Positions 17,915-27,835 of a stretch of 44,544 nucleotides of DNA are shown in pieces; positions within the stretch are counted from its first letter, which is position 1, and the number at the start of each line of letters is the position of its first letter. The notes below the pieces were generated by a model. That model made no database searches, was not told the origin of the DNA, and worked only from the letters and a program-made list of their open reading frames with translations. Both the position numbers and the translations under genes were made by a program. The DNA comes from Escherichia phage EC120: sequence record ON185580.1. The stretch is one strand, 5' to 3'.

Positions 17915-18088
17915 ATGGAAGGTAAACTGTATAGAGGGTACTTCGGTAACTTATATAAAGTAAGCTCTCGCGGTTTTGTATTGACCTCTGATGATGAAGG
18001 TGCAATGTGGCACCTAAGTGCATATGGTTCTAACTTAGAACACTTTAAAGAGGCAATAGTCAAAGGTGTGATGAAGGAGGTGAAATGA
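17915..18088 (+). CDS. Small hypothetical protein (57 aa)
   Basis: ATG 2 nt after the upstream stop; its stop overlaps the ligase start. Confidence 0.45.
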   Translation: MEGKLYRGYFGNLYKVSSRGFVLTSDDEGAMWHLSAYGSNLEHFKEAIVKGVMKEVK

Positions 18089-19032
18089 ACATCTTCCAAT
18101 TCCTAGGTCTTCCAGAAGACCACCGCAATCATCCATTCATGCTGGTGAAGCATCGCGGTGAAGTTCCTGAGAAGAAACTTACTTTTCCATGTTATGCACA
18201 GGTGAAACGAGATGGTATCTTTTCTGCTGTTGTTGTTCGCACTGATGGTGTCGTTGGCATTTTTGGTCGCACTGGTAAGAAACTGGCAAACACTGAAGTC
18301 CTCGAACAAACATTTGCTACCTTTCCGGTTGGCATTTATCTTGGTGAGCTTCAGTCTATGGCCGTTGATATCTACCTTGAAGCTCTATCAGGGGTGGTAA
18401 ATCCTAATCGTACAGAGCCGCTTGACTTTATAGGCCAGCAGATTAAAGACAACCTGTATATCGACTTCTTTGATATGTTAACCATTAAGGCATTCCATGA
18501 TGGATTCACTGATGTTTCTTATCTCAAACGTTACGACGCTTTACATCGTCGCATCGGCACTCATCTTAGCGGGTACAACGCTATTCTTCCTATTACTCCT
18601 TGCCATAATGAGCGAGAAGTTGAAGCGTTTGCGCAAGAGCAAATAGATGCAGGCAGAGAGGGTGCTGTGTTTAAACTTGACGTGGAGTATGAAAGTGGGC
18701 ACAAGGGCTATCGTCAAACGAAGATCGTTCGTATGGTATCTTACGACCTAACCTGTATTGGGTGGGAGGAAGGAAAAGGTAAGTATAAAGGTAAAGTAGC
18801 TAACCTCATTTTCAAATGGAAAGGAGGCAAGTCTGTTAAGGCTATGCTGGGTCGTGGCTGGTCACATGAGGATGCAGCCCAAATGTATCACGATATTAAG
18901 CACGGTGGCGAACTGAACGTCATTTGGAAGATCTTCGCTGTCAAGGCGTTGCAGGAATCTAGCAAGGGAGTCCTGAGACTTCCCAAGGTTTCTGAATTAC
19001 GCCACGATAAGGAGGTTCCTGATGTTTATTGA
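18085..19032 (+). CDS. ATP-dependent DNA ligase
   Basis: Adenylation motif KRDG in CYAQVKRDGIF; size and position match T7 gp1.3-type ligases. Confidence 0.85.
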   Translation: MNIFQFLGLPEDHRNHPFMLVKHRGEVPEKKLTFPCYAQVKRDGIFSAVVVRTDGVVGIFGRTGKKLANTEVLEQTFATFPVGIYLGELQSMAVDIYLEALSGVVNPNRTEPLDFIGQQIKDNLYIDFFDMLTIKAFHDGFTDVSYLKRYDALHRRIGTHLSGYNAILPITPCHNEREVEAFAQEQIDAGREGAVFKLDVEYESGHKGYRQTKIVRMVSYDLTCIGWEEGKGKYKGKVANLIFKWKGGKSVKAMLGRGWSHEDAAQMYHDIKHGGELNVIWKIFAVKALQESSKGVLRLPKVSELRHDKEVPDVY

Positions 19033-19147
19033 TTTGAACGAAAAACAGCTTGAATTGTTAATAGAAGCCATTGAGCAATACTATTACATGTGGGGCTATC
19101 AGTCAGAAGAATTAGACTCCTTATATTCACAACTAAAAGGAGGTTAA
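19022..19147 (+). CDS. Small hypothetical protein (41 aa)
   Basis: ATG overlapping the ligase 3' end in another frame. Confidence 0.3.
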   Translation: MFIDLNEKQLELLIEAIEQYYYMWGYQSEELDSLYSQLKGG

Positions 19148-19149
19148 TT

Positions 19150-19347
19150 ATGTCTTTTGATTCTATGAAGGCAACTCGTGCTGTTGAGGTAGCAGAGGCC
19201 ATCTTCGAAACTCTATCCTGTGGCATGGAAGTGCCATATACTTTACTGGCTGATGCAGAAGAACTTGGTCTTTCTGTAGAAGCTATCCAAGAGAAGGTTG
19301 ACGAATTATATGGTACAGACGAAGAAGAAACCGACGATTTCATTTGA
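19150..19347 (+). CDS. Small acidic protein (65 aa)
   Basis: AAAGGAGG RBS then ATG 19150; C-terminus DEEETDDFI. Confidence 0.5.
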   Translation: MSFDSMKATRAVEVAEAIFETLSCGMEVPYTLLADAEELGLSVEAIQEKVDELYGTDEEETDDFI

Positions 19348-19357
19348 AGGAATGGAG

Positions 19358-19480
19358 ATGCTTGAGATGATTCTCAAGCCTTCTTCTCCTAAGGTGACTA
19401 AGACTCATGAAGAGTTAATCGTTGATGAAGTTAAGCGTTACATCATGGATTGTGTCAGAGCACAACTGGTGGTCCAATGA
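19358..19480 (+). CDS. Small hypothetical protein (40 aa)
   Basis: GAAGGA RBS; stop overlaps the GNAT start in an ATGA arrangement. Confidence 0.3.
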   Translation: MLEMILKPSSPKVTKTHEELIVDEVKRYIMDCVRAQLVVQ

Positions 19481-19938
19481 TACGTCCAGCTTCCTTCCTA
19501 GATATTCCTGAGATTATAAACCTTGGGAATAAATATGTGGAAGAGGAAGTCAAGGTTGTAGCCCACCACTCAGCCTCATGGAATGCAGAACAAAGTGCAC
19601 ATAACCTTTGTGCATCTCTTAGTAGAGAAGATTTATTCCTATGGGTTGCTGTAGATGAAGGGCAGATTGTAGGGTTCCTGTGGGCTGGCTATCACGAGTT
19701 GGCCCCTTGGACACCTGTAAGAGTTGCCTCTGACATTCTCTTTTATATTATACCAGAGAGGCGAGGAACACTTCTTGGTATGCGTCTCATCAAAGCCCTA
19801 AAGCAATGGGCTAGTGATAATGAATGCTCTGAGGTTCGCCTGTCTATCGCCTCTGGTATTAATGAAGAACGTGTCGGACGTATGTATAAGCGACTTGGCT
19901 TTGAACCGTTTGGCACTGTGTATAACATGAAGTTCTAA
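19477..19938 (+). CDS. GNAT-family N-acetyltransferase
   Basis: Acetyl-CoA-binding-like segment GQIVGFLWAGYH...RRGTLLGMRLIKALKQWA...KRLGFEP; ATG 19477 (track start 19450 is TTG). Confidence 0.7.
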   Translation: MIRPASFLDIPEIINLGNKYVEEEVKVVAHHSASWNAEQSAHNLCASLSREDLFLWVAVDEGQIVGFLWAGYHELAPWTPVRVASDILFYIIPERRGTLLGMRLIKALKQWASDNECSEVRLSIASGINEERVGRMYKRLGFEPFGTVYNMKF

Positions 19939-19947
19939 GGAGATAAC

Positions 19948-20157
19948 ATGGGTGTTGTAAAGAAAGCATTTAAGGCTATCGGTCTTGCTCAAGATGCACC
20001 ACGTATTGAAGCGAAAGTGCCAGCACAGCAGCTTGAGCGTAAGCCAGAGACTGAAGCTGAAGATATTCAGATTGGTGCAGGAGATGATGATGCTACTGCA
20101 TCTGCAAAAGGCAAGCGTGGCCTTGTCCGTCCGGTAGCTTCTAGCTTGAAGGTGTAA
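19948..20157 (+). CDS. Hypothetical protein (69 aa)
   Basis: AAGGAGA RBS; directly upstream of the portal gene. Confidence 0.55.
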   Translation: MGVVKKAFKAIGLAQDAPRIEAKVPAQQLERKPETEAEDIQIGAGDDDATASAKGKRGLVRPVASSLKV

Positions 20158-20158
20158 T

Positions 20159-21709
20159 ATGAAACAGAGCACAGATTTGGAGTATGGAGGTAAGCGGTCT
20201 AAGATACCTAAGCTATGGGAGAAATTCTCCACTAAACGTAGCTCTTTCCTTGATAGGGCGAAGCATTACTCCAAATTAACCTTGCCCTATCTGATGAATG
20301 ACAAAGGTGATAACGAGACTTCGCAGAATGGATGGCAAGGTGTAGGTGCTCAGGCAACCAACCATCTAGCCAACAAGCTAGCGCAAGTACTATTCCCTGC
20401 ACAGCGTTCCTTCTTCCGTGTAGACTTAACTGCACAAGGTGAGAAGGTTCTTAATCAGCGTGGCCTGAAGAAGACAGAGCTAGCTACCATCTTCGCTCAA
20501 GTGGAAACACGGGCAATGAAAGAGTTAGAGCAACGTCAATTCCGGCCTGCTGTAGTAGAAGCATTTAAGCATCTTATTGTTGCTGGCAGCTGTATGCTAT
20601 ACAAGCCGAGCAAAGGTGCAATCAGTGCTATCCCAATGCATCACTACGTAGTTAACCGTGATACCAATGGCGACCTGTTAGACATTATCTTGCTACAAGA
20701 GAAAGCCTTACGTACCTTTGACCCAGCTACACGTGCTGTAGTAGAGGTTGGCCTGAAAGGTAAGAAGTGCAAAGAAGATGACAGCGTTAAGCTGTACACA
20801 CATGCTAAGTATCTTGGTGATGGATTTTGGGAACTCAAGCAATCTGCTGATGATATCCCTGTGGGTAAGGTGAGTAAAATCAAATCAGAAAAGCTACCTT
20901 TCATCCCATTAACTTGGAAGCGAAGCTATGGTGAGGATTGGGGTCGCCCTCTTGCAGAGGATTACTCCGGTGATTTATTCGTTATCCAATTCTTATCTGA
21001 AGCGGTTGCCCGTGGTGCTGCGCTGATGGCAGATATCAAGTACCTGATTCGTCCGGGTGCTCAAACTGATGTTGACCACTTTGTTAACTCTGGCACTGGT
21101 GAGGTTATCACTGGTGTAGAAGAAGACATCCATATTGTACAGTTAGGTAAGTATGCAGACCTCACACCTATTAGCGCGGTTCTAGAGGTATACACTCGCC
21201 GTATCGGTGTTGTCTTCATGATGGAGACAATGACACGCCGTGACGCCGAACGTGTTACTGCTGTAGAAATCCAGCGAGATGCGTTAGAGATTGAGCAGAA
21301 CATGGGTGGTGTATACTCCCTCTTTGCTACTACTATGCAATCGCCAGTAGCGATGTGGGGTCTGCTGGAGGCAGGGGAGTCCTTCACTAGTGACCTAGTG
21401 GACCCTGTGATTATCACAGGTATTGAAGCTTTAGGACGCATGGCTGAGTTGGATAAACTGGCTAACTTTGCTCAGTATATGTCACTGCCATTACAATGGC
21501 CTGAGCCTGTCCTAGCTGCTGTGAAATGGCCTGACTATATGGATTGGGTGCGTGGTCAAATCTCTGCTGAACTGCCGTTCCTTAAATCAGCTGAAGAGAT
21601 GGCACAAGAACAGGAAGCACAGATGCAAGCACAGCAAGCACAGATGCTTGAAGAAGGTGTGGCTAAGGCCGTGCCGGGTGTAATTCAACAAGAACTTAAG
21701 GAGGCGTAA
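20159..21709 (+). CDS. Portal (head-to-tail connector) protein
   Basis: SQNGWQGVGAQATNHLANKLAQVLFP parallels recalled T7 gp8 (QTPWQAVGARGLNNLASKLMLALFP); 516 aa. Confidence 0.9.
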   Translation: MKQSTDLEYGGKRSKIPKLWEKFSTKRSSFLDRAKHYSKLTLPYLMNDKGDNETSQNGWQGVGAQATNHLANKLAQVLFPAQRSFFRVDLTAQGEKVLNQRGLKKTELATIFAQVETRAMKELEQRQFRPAVVEAFKHLIVAGSCMLYKPSKGAISAIPMHHYVVNRDTNGDLLDIILLQEKALRTFDPATRAVVEVGLKGKKCKEDDSVKLYTHAKYLGDGFWELKQSADDIPVGKVSKIKSEKLPFIPLTWKRSYGEDWGRPLAEDYSGDLFVIQFLSEAVARGAALMADIKYLIRPGAQTDVDHFVNSGTGEVITGVEEDIHIVQLGKYADLTPISAVLEVYTRRIGVVFMMETMTRRDAERVTAVEIQRDALEIEQNMGGVYSLFATTMQSPVAMWGLLEAGESFTSDLVDPVIITGIEALGRMAELDKLANFAQYMSLPLQWPEPVLAAVKWPDYMDWVRGQISAELPFLKSAEEMAQEQEAQMQAQQAQMLEEGVAKAVPGVIQQELKEA

Positions 21710-22629
21710 TGTCTTTCTCATTTACTGAACCGTCAACCACTCACCCTACTACTGAAGAGGGTCCGGTAGAAACCAAGGAGGTAACAACTGATGCTGCTAC
21801 TACTGATGCTACTGCTGACGCTGGCACTGCTGTACAAGATGACAATGCTGGTGCACAACCTACTGAAGACACCGGAGGAGAAGCTTCTGGACAGCCTTCA
21901 GAAAAAGGAGACAATGGCGGAGAGAATGGTGAATCTAAGCCAGATGATACCGCGACCGACACTGAGGAAGTGCAATACTTCTTCGGAGAACATGAAGTAA
22001 CAATAGACATCCCACAGGATGTAACTGACAGCCTTAAAGAGAAAGGCATTGATGCCAAGCAGGTTGCCAAGGAACTATATTCCAAAGGTGGCAAGTTTGA
22101 ACTGTCAGATGTAACCAAGCAGAAATTGTATGATGCTTTTGGCAAGTTTGCGGTAGATGCTTACCTGTCAGGTCTTAAGGCTCAAAATGAAGCCTTCTTC
22201 CTGAAAGAAGCCAACGCAGCTAAAGAGTTGGAAGCAGCTAACACCCAACGCTTCTCTGATGTTTCTAAGGAAATTGGTGGCGAAGAAGGTTGGTCCCGTC
22301 TTGAGGAGTGGGCGCTTGAAACGCTATCCGATGACGAACTCACGGCATTCAATGCTGTGATGGAGTCTGGCAACCAGTACCTCCAGCAGTACGCTGTGCG
22401 TGAACTGGAGAGCCGCCGTAAGGCTGCACAGGGTGATGATAGGCCATCCCTGATTGAGCCATCAGCACCTGCTAAGGCTAATGAAGAGAATGGCCCACTG
22501 ACGCGAGATCAGTACGTTCAAGCAATCGCAACTCTTAGCCAGAAGTACGGCAATGACCGTAAAGCTATGGCAGAAGCTCAGGCTAAACTGGACGCCCGTC
22601 GCCGTGCTGGCATGGCTCGCGGTATCTAA
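21709..22629 (+). CDS. Capsid assembly (scaffolding) protein
   Basis: Highly acidic, T/A/E/D-rich 306-aa protein between portal and capsid genes; start overlaps portal stop. Confidence 0.75.
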   Translation: MSFSFTEPSTTHPTTEEGPVETKEVTTDAATTDATADAGTAVQDDNAGAQPTEDTGGEASGQPSEKGDNGGENGESKPDDTATDTEEVQYFFGEHEVTIDIPQDVTDSLKEKGIDAKQVAKELYSKGGKFELSDVTKQKLYDAFGKFAVDAYLSGLKAQNEAFFLKEANAAKELEAANTQRFSDVSKEIGGEEGWSRLEEWALETLSDDELTAFNAVMESGNQYLQQYAVRELESRRKAAQGDDRPSLIEPSAPAKANEENGPLTRDQYVQAIATLSQKYGNDRKAMAEAQAKLDARRRAGMARGI

Positions 22630-22635
22630 TTCAGT

Positions 22636-22658
22636 ATTTACTGGACACTATAGAAGGG
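22636..22658 (+). promoter_or_regulatory. Phage-RNAP promoter upstream of major capsid gene
   Basis: ATTTACTGGACACTATAGAAGGG; expected +1 G at 22653; transcript begins with stem-loop GGGAGAA/TTCTCCC (22656-22672). Confidence 0.8.
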
Positions 22659-22708
22659 AGAAAAGTTCTCCCTAGTTATCAATTTGATTTATAAGGAGAT
22701 TATAATAC

Positions 22709-23917
22709 ATGTCTACACCGAATACTCTGACTAACGTTGCTGTATCTGCATCCGGTGAGGTTGACAGCCTTCTCATTGAGAAGTTTAATGGTAAGGTCAA
22801 TGAGCAGTACCTGAAAGGTGAGAACATTCTGTCCTACTTTGATGTACAAACTGTTACTGGCACTAACACAGTGAGCAACAAATATTTGGGCGAAACTGAG
22901 TTGCAGGTGCTAGCACCGGGTCAGTCTCCTAATGCCACCCCCACTCAGGCGGATAAAAACCAGTTGGTAATTGATACCACTGTCATTGCTCGTAACACTG
23001 TGGCTCACATCCACGATGTACAAGGTGACATCGATAGCCTGAAACCAAAATTGGCTATGAACCAAGCCAAGCAACTGAAACGTCTGGAAGACCAGATGGC
23101 AATTCAGCAGATGCTGTTAGGCGGTATTGCTAACACCAAGGCCAAACGTAACAAGCCGCGTGTTAAAGGGCATGGCTTCTCTATCAACGTTAACGTAACT
23201 GAGAGTGAAGCACTGGCTAACCCTCAGTATGTTATGGCTGCGGTAGAGTATGCTCTGGAGCAACAGCTTGAGCAGGAAGTGGACATCTCTGATGTAGCTA
23301 TCATGATGCCGTGGAAGTTCTTCAATGCTCTGCGTGATGCAGACCGAATTGTAGATAAGACTTACACTATCAGCCAGTCTGGTGCAACCATTAATGGCTT
23401 CGTTCTCTCTTCTTATAACTGCCCTGTGATCCCGTCTAACCGATTCCCTACCTTCGCTCAGAATCAGGCTCACCACCTGTTGTCTAATGAAGATAACGGC
23501 TATCGTTATGACCCTATCGCAGAGATGAATGGTGCAGTTGCTGTTCTGTTCACTGCCGACGCACTGCTGGTGGGTCGTACCATTGAAGTGACTGGTGACA
23601 TCTTCTATGAGAAGAAAGAGAAGACTTATTACATTGACACCTTCATGGCTGAGGGTGCAATCCCTGACCGTTGGGAAGCAGTGTCTGTAGTTACCACTAA
23701 ACGTAATGCAACTACTGGTGCTGCTGAAGGTTCTGGTGATGATCACGCAACCGTACTGGCTCGTGCACAGCGTAAGGCTGTATATGTCAAAACCGAAGGT
23801 GCTGCGGCTGCATTCTCTGCTGCCCCAGCAGGTATCCAAGCGGAAGACCTTGTAGCGGCGGTACGTGCTGTAATGGCAAATGACATCAAGCCGACTGCAA
23901 TGAAACCTGCTGAGTAA
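22709..23917 (+). CDS. Major capsid protein
   Basis: 402 aa; own promoter, strong RBS TAAGGAGA and a terminator directly downstream; T7 gp10-like position. Confidence 0.9.
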   Translation: MSTPNTLTNVAVSASGEVDSLLIEKFNGKVNEQYLKGENILSYFDVQTVTGTNTVSNKYLGETELQVLAPGQSPNATPTQADKNQLVIDTTVIARNTVAHIHDVQGDIDSLKPKLAMNQAKQLKRLEDQMAIQQMLLGGIANTKAKRNKPRVKGHGFSINVNVTESEALANPQYVMAAVEYALEQQLEQEVDISDVAIMMPWKFFNALRDADRIVDKTYTISQSGATINGFVLSSYNCPVIPSNRFPTFAQNQAHHLLSNEDNGYRYDPIAEMNGAVAVLFTADALLVGRTIEVTGDIFYEKKEKTYYIDTFMAEGAIPDRWEAVSVVTTKRNATTGAAEGSGDDHATVLARAQRKAVYVKTEGAAAAFSAAPAGIQAEDLVAAVRAVMANDIKPTAMKPAE

Positions 23918-23925
23918 TACCTATG

Positions 23926-23960
23926 CCCTATCTACCTTGCGTAGGTAGGGTTCTTTTTTT
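23926..23960 (+). terminator. Intrinsic terminator after major capsid gene
   Basis: Stem CCCTATCTACC/GGTAGGTAGGG (one G-U pair), loop TTGC, then TTCTTTTTTTG; positional analogue of T7 T-phi. Confidence 0.7.
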
Positions 23961-23973
23961 GTTAGGAGGATTC

Positions 23974-24711
23974 ATGCCTGTTATTAAACAACAAAGTTAC
24001 ACTGGCTATACTGTCTCAGATGTAGCCTTTCAAGTGATTGATAGTAAGCTGGAGGCTGTTAACCTTTGTATGCGAGCCATTGGTCGTGAGGGTGTGGATT
24101 CTCTCGACTCAGGCGACCTTGATGCTGAAGATGCTAGCAAAATGATTGATATCGTCTCCCAACGTTTCCAATACAACAAAGGCGGTGGCTGGTGGTTCAA
24201 TCGTGAACCTAACTGGCAGCTTGCACCAGACACGAACGGTGAGATTAACTTGCCTAATAACTGCCTAGCTGTATTGCAGTGCTACGCATTGGGTGAGAAG
24301 AAAGTGCCTATGACTATGCGTGCAGGTAAGCTCTACTCTACTTGGAGTCACACCTTTGATATGCGTAAGCATGTTAATGCTAATGGTATGATTCGTCTTA
24401 CCTTACTCACCTTACTACCCTACGAGCATTTACCTACAAGTGTAATGCAGGCTATTGCCTATCAAGCTGCTGTAGAGTTTATTGTGTCTAAGGATGCAGA
24501 TCAGACTAAGCTAGCCACTGCGCAGCAGATAGCCACTCAGCTTCTTATGGATGTACAATCTGAGCAAATGTCACAGAAGCGATTAAACATGCTGGTACAT
24601 AACCCCACTCAGCGTCAGTTTGGTATCATGGCTGGTGGCTCTCAGAATGTACCTGCTTACTCTCATTCACCTTATGAGAGTTGGGCGCTCCGTCCGTGGG
24701 AGGATCGTTAA
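23974..24711 (+). CDS. Tail tubular protein A (gp11-like)
   Basis: AGGAGGA RBS then ATG 23974; position and length match T7 gp11; weak recalled similarity. Confidence 0.7.
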   Translation: MPVIKQQSYTGYTVSDVAFQVIDSKLEAVNLCMRAIGREGVDSLDSGDLDAEDASKMIDIVSQRFQYNKGGGWWFNREPNWQLAPDTNGEINLPNNCLAVLQCYALGEKKVPMTMRAGKLYSTWSHTFDMRKHVNANGMIRLTLLTLLPYEHLPTSVMQAIAYQAAVEFIVSKDADQTKLATAQQIATQLLMDVQSEQMSQKRLNMLVHNPTQRQFGIMAGGSQNVPAYSHSPYESWALRPWEDR

Positions 24712-27113
24712 TGGAAGTACAAGGTTCATTAGGTAGACAAATCCAAGGGATTAGCCAGCAGCCGCCAGCGGTACGCTTGGATGGTCAGTGCACAGCTATG
24801 GTTAATATGATACCTGATGTAGTGAATGGTACTCAATCACGCATGGGTACAACTCATATTGCAAAGATACTTGATGCGGGGACTGATGACATGGCTACTC
24901 ATCATTATCGCAGAGGTGATGGTGATGAAGAGTATTTCTTCACGTTGAAGAAAGGACAAGTTCCTGAGATATTTGATAAGTATGGGCGCAAATGTAATGT
25001 GACTTCACAAGATGCACCTATGACCTACCTCTCTGAGGTTGTTAATCCAAGGGAAGATGTACAATTCATGACGATAGCTGATGTTACTTTCATGCTTAAT
25101 CGTAGGAAAGTAGTTAAAGCTAGTAACAGGAAGTCACCTAAAGTTGGAAACAAAGCCATTGTGTTTTGTGCGTATGGTCAATATGGTACATCTTATTCCA
25201 TTGTAATTAATGGGACCAACGCTGCTAGTTTTAAAACACCGGATGGTGGAAGTGCAGACCATGTTGAACAAATTCGAACTGAACGTATCGCTTCTGAATT
25301 GTACTCTAAGTTGCAGCAATGGAGCGGTGTGAGTGACTATGAAATACAAAGAGACGGTACTAGTATATTTATCGAGAGACGGGATGGTGCTAGCTTTACA
25401 ATAACAACCACCGATGGTGCAAAAGGTAAGGACTTAGTGGCTATCAAGAATAAAGTTAGCTCTACTGACCTACTCCCTTCTCGTGCGCCTGCTGGTTATA
25501 AAGTACAAGTGTGGCCTACTGGCAGCAAACCTGAGTCTCGTTACTGGCTGCAAGCTGAGCCTAAAGAGGGAAACCTTGTGTCTTGGAAAGAAACAATAGC
25601 TGCTGATGTATTACTTGGGTTTGATAAAGGCACAATGCCTTACATTATTGAACGTACAGATATCATCAACGGCATAGCTCAATTCAAGATAAGACAAGGT
25701 GATTGGGAAGATCGTAAAGTAGGGGATGACTTGACTAACCCTATGCCCTCTTTTATTGATGAGGAGGTACCCCAGACAATAGGTGGAATGTTCATGGTGC
25801 AGAACCGCCTATGCTTTACAGCAGGTGAAGCGGTTATTGCTTCTCGTACATCATACTTCTTCGATTTCTTTCGTTATACGGTTATCTCTGCATTGGCAAC
25901 TGACCCATTTGATATTTTCTCAGATGCTAGTGAAGTCTACCAGCTAAAACATGCAGTGACCTTAGATGGCGCTACCGTGTTGTTCTCTGATAAGTCACAA
26001 TTCATACTGCCAGGCGATAAGCCTTTAGAGAAGTCAAATGCACTGCTTAAGCCTGTTACAACATTTGAAGTGAACAATAAAGTGAAGCCAGTAGTAACTG
26101 GTGAATCGGTAATGTTTGCCACTAATGATGGTTCTTACTCTGGTGTACGAGAGTTCTATACAGACTCTTATAGTGACACTAAGAAGGCACAAGCAATCAC
26201 AAGTCATGTGAATAAACTCATCGAAGGTAACATTACCAACATGGCAGCAAGCACCAATGTCAACAGGTTACTTGTCACTACCGATAAGTATCGTAACATA
26301 ATCTACTGCTACGATTGGTTATGGCAAGGAACAGACCGTGTACAATCGGCATGGCATGTATGGAAGTGGCCTATAGGTACAAAGGTGCGAGGTATGTTTT
26401 ATTCTGGTGAATTACTTTACCTGCTCCTTGAGCGAGGAGATGGCGTATATCTGGAGAAGATGGATATGGGTGATGCACTAACCTACGGTTTGAATGACCG
26501 CATCAGAATGGATAGGCAAGCAGAGTTAGTCTTCAAGCATTTTAAAGCAGAAGATGAATGGGTGTCTGAACCTCTTCCTTGGACCCCTACTAACCCAGAG
26601 CTTTTGGATTGCATCTTAATAGAAGGATGGGATTCATATATTGGTGGTTCTTTCCTATTCAAATACAACCCCGGTGATAACACCTTGTCTACAACCTTTG
26701 ATATGCATGATGATAGCCACGTAAAAGCGAAGGTTATTGTTGGTCAGATTTACCCTCAAGAGTTTGAACCAACACCTGTAGTTATCAGAGATAGGCAAGA
26801 CCGTGTATCCTATATTGATGTACCTGTTGTGGGATTAGTTCACCTTAATCTTGATATGTATCCTGATTTCTCCGTGGAGGTTAAGAATGTGAAGAGTGGT
26901 AAAGTACGCAGGGTGCTAGCGTCAAACCGTATAGGTGGTGCTCTCAACAATACAGTAGGTTATGTTGAACCAAGAGAGGGTGTCTTCAGATTCCCACTGA
27001 GGGCTAAGAGTACGGATGCTGTTTATCGTATTATTGTAGAATCACCTCACACATTCCAGCTCCGCGATATTGAGTGGGAAGGGAGCTACAATCCAACCAA
27101 AAGGAGGGTCTAA
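24711..27113 (+). CDS. Tail tubular protein B (gp12-like)
   Basis: N-terminal GISQQPP motif as in T7 gp12 (GGISQQP); 800 aa; ATG 24711 overlaps the upstream stop. Confidence 0.85.
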   Translation: MEVQGSLGRQIQGISQQPPAVRLDGQCTAMVNMIPDVVNGTQSRMGTTHIAKILDAGTDDMATHHYRRGDGDEEYFFTLKKGQVPEIFDKYGRKCNVTSQDAPMTYLSEVVNPREDVQFMTIADVTFMLNRRKVVKASNRKSPKVGNKAIVFCAYGQYGTSYSIVINGTNAASFKTPDGGSADHVEQIRTERIASELYSKLQQWSGVSDYEIQRDGTSIFIERRDGASFTITTTDGAKGKDLVAIKNKVSSTDLLPSRAPAGYKVQVWPTGSKPESRYWLQAEPKEGNLVSWKETIAADVLLGFDKGTMPYIIERTDIINGIAQFKIRQGDWEDRKVGDDLTNPMPSFIDEEVPQTIGGMFMVQNRLCFTAGEAVIASRTSYFFDFFRYTVISALATDPFDIFSDASEVYQLKHAVTLDGATVLFSDKSQFILPGDKPLEKSNALLKPVTTFEVNNKVKPVVTGESVMFATNDGSYSGVREFYTDSYSDTKKAQAITSHVNKLIEGNITNMAASTNVNRLLVTTDKYRNIIYCYDWLWQGTDRVQSAWHVWKWPIGTKVRGMFYSGELLYLLLERGDGVYLEKMDMGDALTYGLNDRIRMDRQAELVFKHFKAEDEWVSEPLPWTPTNPELLDCILIEGWDSYIGGSFLFKYNPGDNTLSTTFDMHDDSHVKAKVIVGQIYPQEFEPTPVVIRDRQDRVSYIDVPVVGLVHLNLDMYPDFSVEVKNVKSGKVRRVLASNRIGGALNNTVGYVEPREGVFRFPLRAKSTDAVYRIIVESPHTFQLRDIEWEGSYNPTKRRV

Positions 27114-27835
27114 TGGCTATAGGTTCTGCCGTTATGGCTGGTATGTCTTCTATTGGTAGTATGTTTACAGGCAGCGGTGCAGCAGCCGCTGCTGGAGGTG
27201 CTGCCGCAGGTGGCGGAGGCTTGCTAGGTTCTCTAGGTGGCTTCCTAAGCGGCTCTACTGCTGGCTTCTCTAATGCTGGGCTTCTTGGTGCTGGCCTTCA
27301 AGGTTTAGGCTTGATTGGTGATCTCTTTGGTGGAAGTGATGAAGCCAAGGCAATGAAGAAAGCACAAGAAGAACAGTGGCGGCAGCAACTTATTGCTACA
27401 CAAGAAGCATACAAAACAGTAGCAGATGCAGAGCGTTCTGCTGCTAAACAATATCATGCAGATGCAATAAGCAATCAGGCTTCACTACTACAGCAGCGAG
27501 CACAGGTTGCATTACTAGCAGGTGCTACTGGTACTGGTGGTAACTCTGTATCTTCTATGCTGAATGACTTAGCAGCAGAGGGCGGGAGGAACCAGAGTAC
27601 AATTATTGATAACTATGAGAATCAGAAGATTAACTTCACCAATCAGCTTAAGTCTATCCAGCGAGGTGGACAGATGCAGATGCGTGAGTTTAAGAAGCCT
27701 TCTGCCGTGAGCACCTTGGTGCAAGGTATACCGAGTCTGGCATCTGCCTATGTAACAGGTAGTAAGTCCGGCATGGCTTTAGGTAAAGCTTTAACTGATT
27801 CTCGTACATATTCATCTGGAACAAGAGGTATTTAA
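27113..27835 (+). CDS. Internal virion protein (Gly/Ala-rich N-terminus)
   Basis: AGGAGGG RBS; ATG overlaps the upstream stop; low-complexity G/A/S N-terminal region. Confidence 0.6.
   Translation: MAIGSAVMAGMSSIGSMFTGSGAAAAAGGAAAGGGGLLGSLGGFLSGSTAGFSNAGLLGAGLQGLGLIGDLFGGSDEAKAMKKAQEEQWRQQLIATQEAYKTVADAERSAAKQYHADAISNQASLLQQRAQVALLAGATGTGGNSVSSMLNDLAAEGGRNQSTIIDNYENQKINFTNQLKSIQRGGQMQMREFKKPSAVSTLVQGIPSLASAYVTGSKSGMALGKALTDSRTYSSGTRGI

Noticed and set aside
23117-23839. 240-aa minus-strand ORF
   Set aside because: Antisense to the major capsid gene; Cys/Ser-rich nonsense-like translation, no RBS.
23880-23920. T7-style -1 frameshift extension of the major capsid gene
   Set aside because: No slippery heptamer or extended alternative-frame ORF was evident at the 3' end of the capsid gene; the terminator follows directly.
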